Below, in pieces: positions 57,704 to 64,000 of a DNA stretch of 64,000 nucleotides (within the stretch, counting starts at the first letter, position 1; every line of letters starts with the position of its first letter). Origin of the DNA: an uncultured Flavobacteriales bacterium (GTDB lineage: Bacteria > Bacteroidota > Bacteroidia > Flavobacteriales_D > Parvicellaceae); NCBI GenBank assembly GCA_963922585.1, contig CAWUIK010000002.1:1342-65341 (forward strand), read 5' to 3'. The position numbers and the translations under genes are program-made. The notes beneath the pieces were generated by a model that made no database searches, was not told the origin of the DNA, and worked only from the letters and a program-made list of their open reading frames with translations.

Positions 57704-58501
57704 ATGGATTACCAAAATATTTGCAGAGAAGTAGTAGCAGTTAGCCGAAGCATCGGGGATTGGATGTGGCAGGAAAGAAAGAAATTTTCGGAAGCACAAG
57801 TGGAAACAAAATCTTTTAATAATCTCGTTTCTTATGTTGACAAAACCTCAGAAGAAAAATTTGTTAAAGAACTGCTTCGCATACTTCCCGAAAGCGGAAT
57901 TTTGGGAGAAGAAGGCTCCAATAGTAATCTTGATAATGACTTTATTTGGATTATTGATCCACTAGACGGAACTACCAATTATGTGCACGGCATTCCTGCG
58001 TATTGTACAAGCGTTGCACTTCAACATAAAGGAACAACTGTTTTGGGAGTCGTTTACGAACCCAACAATAAAGAATGTTTTTATGCATGGAAAGGCAGTC
58101 CTGCTTACTGCAACGAGAACGAAATACATGTAAGTGACAAAAACAGTTTAAAGACTTCACTTTTGGCAACAGGTTTTCCCTATGATGATTTTTCGAAAAT
58201 GGAAAATTACATTGATATCTTGAAATTTTTTATGAAAGAAACCAGGGGCGTAAGAAGAATTGGAGCAGCCGCTTTGGACTTGTGTTATGTTGCTTCGGGA
58301 ATATTTGATGGATTTTACGAATATGCGCTTCAACCTTGGGATGTTGCCGCTGGAGCGTTTATCGTTCAACAAGCAGGCGGAAAAATTTCTGACTTTAGCA
58401 ATGGCGAAAATTTCATAAAAGGTGGCGAGATTATTGCAGCAAATTCACACTTGCACGAAACCATCCAAAAGAAAGTTGACTTCTTTTTTAATGGTCAGTA
58501 A
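57704..58501 (+). CDS. inositol monophosphatase family protein (SuhB-like)
   Basis: WIIDPLDGTTNYVHG and WDVAAG motifs. Confidence 0.85.
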   Translation: MDYQNICREVVAVSRSIGDWMWQERKKFSEAQVETKSFNNLVSYVDKTSEEKFVKELLRILPESGILGEEGSNSNLDNDFIWIIDPLDGTTNYVHGIPAYCTSVALQHKGTTVLGVVYEPNNKECFYAWKGSPAYCNENEIHVSDKNSLKTSLLATGFPYDDFSKMENYIDILKFFMKETRGVRRIGAAALDLCYVASGIFDGFYEYALQPWDVAAGAFIVQQAGGKISDFSNGENFIKGGEIIAANSHLHETIQKKVDFFFNGQ

Positions 58502-58570
58502 GACTTTTAACTATTAAATTTGCCACTCGTTGTTTATACAAAACAACTTAAAACATTGAAAAACAAAACG

Positions 58571-61021
58571 ATGAGATATTTTATCTTTTTTTTACTTCCT
58601 ATTATTTGTTTTAATGCTTTCGCGCAGCAAACGTCCTCAGAACTGTATTTAGATTTAAAAAAATTAGCCTCTTTAAAGCGTGTATTGTACCTAGCAGCGC
58701 ACCCTGATGATGAAAACACAAGAGCTTTAGCCTGGCTTTCTTTGGGCGAAGAAGCAGAAACCGCCTATTTATCTTTGACCAGAGGTGATGGAGGACAGAA
58801 CCTTATTGGAGAAGAACTAGGGGCAAACCTTGGAATTTTGAGATCTCAAGAGTTATTAGCAGCACGAAGTATTGACAACGCCAAGCAGTTTTTTTCTCGC
58901 GCAGTTGACTTTGGTTATTCCAGATCTGCTGAAGAATCTTTTGAAAAATGGGAAAAAGAAGAAATTGTTTCAGATGTTGTAGGTGTGATTAGAAAATTTA
59001 AACCAGACGTTATCATCACTAGATTTCCACCAGACGAAAGAGCAGGACACGGACACCACACCGCTTCTGCTTTGCTAGCAATTGAAGCTTCAAAATTAGC
59101 TGCGGACAAAGATTTCTTACCCAATCAAATTAAAGATTTAGGGACCTGGAACACCACATCTGTTTATTGGAATACCAGTTATTGGTGGTTAAAAGATATT
59201 GAAGTTACCGCCCAAAATAATGATGAATATTTAGTTTTTGACATAGGAGATTACAATCCAACTATTGGGAAATCTTATAATGAAATTGGAACTTTAGCCA
59301 GAAGTCAGCATAAATGTCAAGGTTTTGGATCTTTGATAGAAAGAGGCGCAAAAGAGGAATATTTTCAATTCTTATCTGGCGAAAAATTAAAGAACAGTTT
59401 TTTTGAAAAATCTACCAGAACTTGGAGTAATCTTGTTTCCAAAGAACTTGAAAATGAATTTAATACACTTGTTCAAAATTTTGATTTCAAAGATGTTAGA
59501 AACAATGTAAAACCGCTTTTAAGCATTTATAAAAAATTACAAAACATCAAAGATGATTATCTAAGAGAAGAAAAATTATCACTTTGCCAAACATTGATTG
59601 TCAATTGTTTGGGATTACATATCGAACTCCATGGAGAAGATTTTAGTTTTGCATTGAATGAAGATGTAAAGTTGAACTTAGAAGCCATCAACCGTTCTAA
59701 ATCTCAAGTTTCTGTGGAGGAAATTACCATCAATGGAACTTCTTTTGTTCCTGAAAATAAAACGCTTTCATTCAATCAAATTGTAAATAACAATATTTCC
59801 ATCACAGCCAATTCGAATACATTTGCACCTTATTGGCTACAAAATCCTTATGAAAACCTTTTTGATGTCACCAATGTTTCACTAATTGGTAATCCAACTT
59901 CTAAAAATTCCATAGAGGGAATTATAAAATTAAATATTGAAGGAGTCACTTTTGAATATCCTATCAATGGGATTTACAAATGGAGTGACCCTGCTTTTGG
60001 TGAGAAAAAAAGAGATATTGTTTTTACGCCCAATATGGCAATTTCTATTGAAGAAACGGCACTTATTTCCAAAATTGGAACTGAAAAAAAAATTAAAATA
60101 AAGGTGCATAGTTTTCAAGATAATTTAAAAGAAAAAATTCATCTCAAACTTCCTCAAAATTGGGAAGCAACACCCAATGTTTTTGAGATTGATATTCAAA
60201 ACAAACACAACGAAAAGTATATAGAAGTTGTCCTAAAACCTAATTCAAATGCAGTAAATGGATCGCTGATTTTGCTAAATGCAAATCAAGATTCCATCAA
60301 ACATTTCAGAGAAATAAGTTACGATCATATTCCTACACAGACTTATTTTACAGACGACCAATTGAAATTAGTAAAAATTGACTCAAAAATCAAACAAGGA
60401 AAAATTGCTTATATCAAAGGAGTAGAAGACAAAGTGCCACAAGCAATTTCACAATTAGGATTTGATGTAAAAGCTATAGAAGTAGAAGATATAAAAACCG
60501 CTTCATTGAATGATTTTCAAACTATTGTAGTGGGAATAAGAGCTTACAATGTGAAACCAGAATTGGACTTCTTTCATCAACAATTGATGGATTATGTAAG
60601 TCAAGGAGGAAATTTGATTGTCCAATACAACACTTCCTCCAAAAGCGTAAAAGAAATGCAATTAGGCCCTTACCCTTTTGATGTTTCAAGAGGAAGAGTC
60701 ACTGAGGAAGATGCAAAAGTATCTTTTGTAAACCAAAAACATCCTATTTTGAATTTTCCCAATAAGATTGCAGAAAAAGATTTTGAAAATTGGGTGCAAG
60801 AAAGAGGATTGTACTTTGCCGACAATTGGGATGCAAAATATGAAACACTACTTTCATGGAATGATAAAGGTCAAGAATCTTTAGAAGGTGCGCTCATTGT
60901 TGCCAAACATGGCAAAGGACAATTTATTTACACTGGAATTTCATTTTTTAGACAACTTCCTGCAGGAGTAGAAGGTGCGTACAGATTATTTGCAAATATG
61001 TTGAGTTATGGAGGAAATTAA
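58571..61021 (+). CDS. PIG-L/LmbE-family deacetylase fused to a large C-terminal region
   Basis: The signal peptide starts at ATG 58571 (MRYFIFFLLPIICFNAFAQQ). AAHPDDEN and HGHHTAS zinc-site motifs are present. About 816 aa. Confidence 0.7.
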   Translation: MRYFIFFLLPIICFNAFAQQTSSELYLDLKKLASLKRVLYLAAHPDDENTRALAWLSLGEEAETAYLSLTRGDGGQNLIGEELGANLGILRSQELLAARSIDNAKQFFSRAVDFGYSRSAEESFEKWEKEEIVSDVVGVIRKFKPDVIITRFPPDERAGHGHHTASALLAIEASKLAADKDFLPNQIKDLGTWNTTSVYWNTSYWWLKDIEVTAQNNDEYLVFDIGDYNPTIGKSYNEIGTLARSQHKCQGFGSLIERGAKEEYFQFLSGEKLKNSFFEKSTRTWSNLVSKELENEFNTLVQNFDFKDVRNNVKPLLSIYKKLQNIKDDYLREEKLSLCQTLIVNCLGLHIELHGEDFSFALNEDVKLNLEAINRSKSQVSVEEITINGTSFVPENKTLSFNQIVNNNISITANSNTFAPYWLQNPYENLFDVTNVSLIGNPTSKNSIEGIIKLNIEGVTFEYPINGIYKWSDPAFGEKKRDIVFTPNMAISIEETALISKIGTEKKIKIKVHSFQDNLKEKIHLKLPQNWEATPNVFEIDIQNKHNEKYIEVVLKPNSNAVNGSLILLNANQDSIKHFREISYDHIPTQTYFTDDQLKLVKIDSKIKQGKIAYIKGVEDKVPQAISQLGFDVKAIEVEDIKTASLNDFQTIVVGIRAYNVKPELDFFHQQLMDYVSQGGNLIVQYNTSSKSVKEMQLGPYPFDVSRGRVTEEDAKVSFVNQKHPILNFPNKIAEKDFENWVQERGLYFADNWDAKYETLLSWNDKGQESLEGALIVAKHGKGQFIYTGISFFRQLPAGVEGAYRLFANMLSYGGN

Positions 61022-61126
61022 AGACCCTACAAAATGGAATCGTATGTATTGGTTGCTTGTCATTCTTTTGGTTTTGCAAATCATTATTTATTCATGGATT
61101 ACTTTTTCATTTGATTAGTTATTGTT

Positions 61127-62809
61127 ATGAGTTGGATAGATTGGAGTATATTATTATTGACATTGACTGCCATTGTTTGGTACGGTACATGGAAAACTAG
61201 GAAAAACGCAACTTTAGAAAGTTATTTGAAAGGAAATAATGAAGAAAACTGGTACACAATTGGGCTTTCTATCATGGCAACACAAGCCAGTGCGATTACT
61301 TTTTTATCGGCTACAGGTCAAGGTTATGAATCTGGAATGGGATTCGTTCAATTCTACTTTGGACTGCCTTTGGCAATGATATTTATAGCGGTATTTTTTC
61401 TGCCCATCTACTATCGACTCAAGGTTTTTACTGCTTATGAATTTCTAGAAAACAGATTTGACTACCGAGTAAGAGCTTTTACGGCCTTGTTATTTCTGAT
61501 CTCAAGAGGTTTGGCCGCTGGGATTACCATCTATGCCCCTGCGATTATATTATCTAGTTTATTTGAATGGGACTTGAAACTCACTTGTGTGGGTATTGGG
61601 ATTTTGGTGATTATTTATACAGTTTCTGGAGGAAGTAGAGCCGTTTCACTTACTCAAAAGTGGCAAATGGGAATTATTATGACAGGAATGTTTATTGCTT
61701 TTTATTATATTTTGAAAGCCATTCCAGCAGACTTTTCATTCACCGAAAGTGTGAATATGGCAGGAGAATTAGGTAAAATGAAGGTTGTAAACTATGAATT
61801 TGATGTCAAAGAAAAATATAACATTTGGGCTGGTTTAACAGGCGGATTTTTCCTTTTTCTATCTTATTTTGGAACAGACCAATCGCAAGTACAAAGATAC
61901 CTAGGGGGCAAAAGTCTCAAAGCATCAAGTCTGGGATTGATGTTTAATGGTATTTTTAAAATTCCGATGCAATTTTTTATTGTATTTGTGGGTGTAATGC
62001 TTTTTGTGGCATATCAATTCAATCAGCCACCAATTATCTTTAATGATTCTGATGTTTCAAAAACAGTTTTGCAAGATCCAGAATTACTAGAAAAAGAGAA
62101 AGATTACCAATTGGTTTTTGAAGAAAAAAAGGGGTTGATGTTTTCCTACAAAGAAGCCCCTAGCATCAAAAAAATGCAAGACATCAAAGCATTACATTTG
62201 GAGCAATTGCAAATTAGAGCAGACTACCAAGAGCAATTGATGATTTTGGACAAAAATTACAACAGTAAAGATGGCGATTACGTGTTCTTAAGTTTTGTTT
62301 TGAAATATTTACCTCACGGACTAATAGGCTTATTGCTTGCTGTGATCCTTTCTGCCGCCATGTCTTCCACAGCGGGCGAACTTAATGCTTTAGCATCCAC
62401 TACAACAGTGGATTTTTATAGAAAATATTTCAAAAAAGGAGAAAATGAAGATGAAGTTAGAACCAGTAGATTTATCACTGTAATTTGGGGAGGCGTTGCC
62501 ATTTTTGTGGCACTTATTGCGGGATTATTCGAAAACTTAATTGAACTCGTTAACATTCTTGGCTCTTTATTCTACGGAACAATTTTAGGTGTGTTTTTAG
62601 TTGCTTTTTTCTTTAAAAAAATAAGTGCAGGGCCTACTTTCATCGCAGCAATAATTGCTGAAGTTATAGTGATTTCTACTTTTATTACTACAAAAATGGT
62701 AGAAGGATTTGAAATTGGCTATCTTTGGTACAACCTTATTGGTAGTTTGTTTGTTATACTGCTTTCAATGTCTTTTCAACTTATAATTAATAATAAAATA
62801 AAACAGTAA
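61127..62809 (+). CDS. sodium:solute symporter family transporter
   Basis: 560 aa polytopic protein with an SSF-like pattern (..GTDQSQVQRYL.., ..LSAAMSS..). Confidence 0.8.
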   Translation: MSWIDWSILLLTLTAIVWYGTWKTRKNATLESYLKGNNEENWYTIGLSIMATQASAITFLSATGQGYESGMGFVQFYFGLPLAMIFIAVFFLPIYYRLKVFTAYEFLENRFDYRVRAFTALLFLISRGLAAGITIYAPAIILSSLFEWDLKLTCVGIGILVIIYTVSGGSRAVSLTQKWQMGIIMTGMFIAFYYILKAIPADFSFTESVNMAGELGKMKVVNYEFDVKEKYNIWAGLTGGFFLFLSYFGTDQSQVQRYLGGKSLKASSLGLMFNGIFKIPMQFFIVFVGVMLFVAYQFNQPPIIFNDSDVSKTVLQDPELLEKEKDYQLVFEEKKGLMFSYKEAPSIKKMQDIKALHLEQLQIRADYQEQLMILDKNYNSKDGDYVFLSFVLKYLPHGLIGLLLAVILSAAMSSTAGELNALASTTTVDFYRKYFKKGENEDEVRTSRFITVIWGGVAIFVALIAGLFENLIELVNILGSLFYGTILGVFLVAFFFKKISAGPTFIAAIIAEVIVISTFITTKMVEGFEIGYLWYNLIGSLFVILLSMSFQLIINNKIKQ

Positions 62810-62811
62810 AA

Positions 62812-63648
62812 ATGAAAAAAATGATTATCTCGGGATTTTTATCCCTTTGTCTTTTAGGAGCAAATGCTCAAGATTTGCCAAAACCTAGTCCATCTGCAGA
62901 GATAGAACAACAAGTAGGTTTAACTAATATTAAAATTCAATATTCAAGACCTTCTGCAAAAGGAAGAAAAATCTTTGGAGAGTTGGTTGCTTATGATAAA
63001 GTATGGAGATTAGGAGCAAATAAAGCTACAAACCTTACTACGGACAGAGAGATGATGTTTGGGAAACAAACATTAAAACCTGGAAGTTATGCGGTTTTTG
63101 CTATTCCTGCCGAAAAAGGAAACTGGAAAGTGGTGATTAATTCAGATACTGAACAATGGGGAACAGGAAACTATGATGAAGCTAAAAATGTAGTTTCTAT
63201 TGAGGTTGCGCCTAAGAAAACTGAATTAGTTGAAACATTTTCAATTACAATTGAAGACATTACTGCTAATGGAGCAAATATTGTAATGGCATGGGAAACA
63301 ACTAAATTAGTTGTGCCTTTTACATTAGATACTGATAAAGCTGCTGAAGAAAATATTGCTGCAGCCATCAAAGAAGGTAAAGACCTAGAGAAGGTATACT
63401 ACAAATCAGCTTCATATTATAAAGATGCAAAAGGAGATTTAAAAACGGCTATGGAGCATGTTGAAAAATCAATAAAAGTGAAAGAATATCACGCTAATGT
63501 TTTTCTTAAAGCAAAAATAGTTGAAGAACAAGGCGATAAAAAGGAAGCGATTAAATTAGCAGAACAAGCGTTAAAATTAGCGAATGATGCTGAAGAAAAA
63601 GGATGGGCGAGTTATATCGAAGAAAACATCACTACTTGGAAAAAGTAA
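62812..63648 (+). CDS. DUF2911-domain periplasmic protein with C-terminal TPR-like helices
   Basis: Has a signal peptide. The PSPSA...QQVGLT.I.I.YSRPS.KGRKIFG.LV.Y.KVWR.GAN.AT pattern is the one I associate with DUF2911. Confidence 0.6.
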   Translation: MKKMIISGFLSLCLLGANAQDLPKPSPSAEIEQQVGLTNIKIQYSRPSAKGRKIFGELVAYDKVWRLGANKATNLTTDREMMFGKQTLKPGSYAVFAIPAEKGNWKVVINSDTEQWGTGNYDEAKNVVSIEVAPKKTELVETFSITIEDITANGANIVMAWETTKLVVPFTLDTDKAAEENIAAAIKEGKDLEKVYYKSASYYKDAKGDLKTAMEHVEKSIKVKEYHANVFLKAKIVEEQGDKKEAIKLAEQALKLANDAEEKGWASYIEENITTWKK

Positions 63649-63667
63649 TTTTATCAATCTAAATTTT

Positions 63668-63708
63668 TAAAGCGAGTAAGTTTCTATGGAATTTACTCGC
63701 TTTTTTTT
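63668..63708 (+). terminator. rho-independent terminator
   Basis: AGCGAGTAA (63671-63679) pairs with TTACTCGCT (63693-63701), followed by T8. The 3' arm overlaps the stop codon of the convergent antiporter gene. Confidence 0.7.
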
Positions 63709-64000
63709 GAAATAATTTCTACCTCTTCTTCATTTTCATTAGCTTCTAAAGCAAGTTCTTCTTCTTTCTGAGGCTCTTTGATAGATTTTTTGTTAAACAT
63801 CAACCCAATCATCATCACCAAAGCAGTAATGATAATCACTTGAAGGACCATAGACTTATTTACTAAATCAATACTTTGATCAGAAGGAATTGACAAAAAG
63901 AGCAAGATGGTTATTAATCCTCTAGGGGCAATGAACAAAAGAGGTAGCAAATCAATTTTAAATACTTTTAATTGAATAAAACGAATAAGAAAAATGCCGC
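63693..64000 (-). CDS. C-terminal part (cut by window edge) of a cation:proton antiporter-like membrane protein
   Basis: The frame is open to the window edge. It reads ..LLFIAPRGLITILLFLSIP.. and ends in an acidic tail. Confidence 0.5.
   Translation of the reverse strand, partial: GIFLIRFIQLKVFKIDLLPLLFIAPRGLITILLFLSIPSDQSIDLVNKSMVLQVIIITALVMMIGLMFNKKSIKEPQKEEELALEANENEEEVEIISKKSE

Overview
AT-rich chromosomal segment with the hallmarks of a Bacteroidota, class Flavobacteriia genome. These are many T9SS C-terminal sorting domains, a PorP/SprF-family gene, TAnnTTTG-type -7 promoter boxes, BshC, and a CTn-style ParA/TraA-like gene. About 55 protein genes are present. Housekeeping genes: dnaX, gdhA, hutH, arfB, cysC-cysD-cysN, dnaK, recA, bcp, an ABC-F ATPase, and a nearly complete heme locus (hemY-hemH divergent from hemA-C-D-E-F-B). 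There are two tRNAs, Phe-GAA and initiator Met-CAU, and several clean rho-independent terminators. I saw no rRNA, CRISPR array, integrase, transposase or phage structural genes. Points worth a second look, all read by eye without database searches: (1) dnaX is broken exactly at an A10 run, and the tau C-terminus continues in the +1 frame. (2) A four-helix-bundle (23S-rRNA-IVS/Avd-like) gene with an in-frame TAG sits between cysD and cysN, bracketed by GATGnnn heptamer arrays on opposite strands. (3) An orphan ParA/TraA-like gene plus a small partner lies behind an iteron-like array of TATAAAAGTA repeats. (4) A truncated, rearranged copy of the initiator tRNA lies next to the intact gene. (5) There is a 118-bp nested palindromic REP-like element. 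(6) Several accessory genes are decayed: a PorP/SprF gene and two ParE/RelE-type toxin loci. (7) A G+C-enriched, hairpin-rich non-coding stretch lies at the left end. Function calls rest on motifs I recognise in the translated ORFs.
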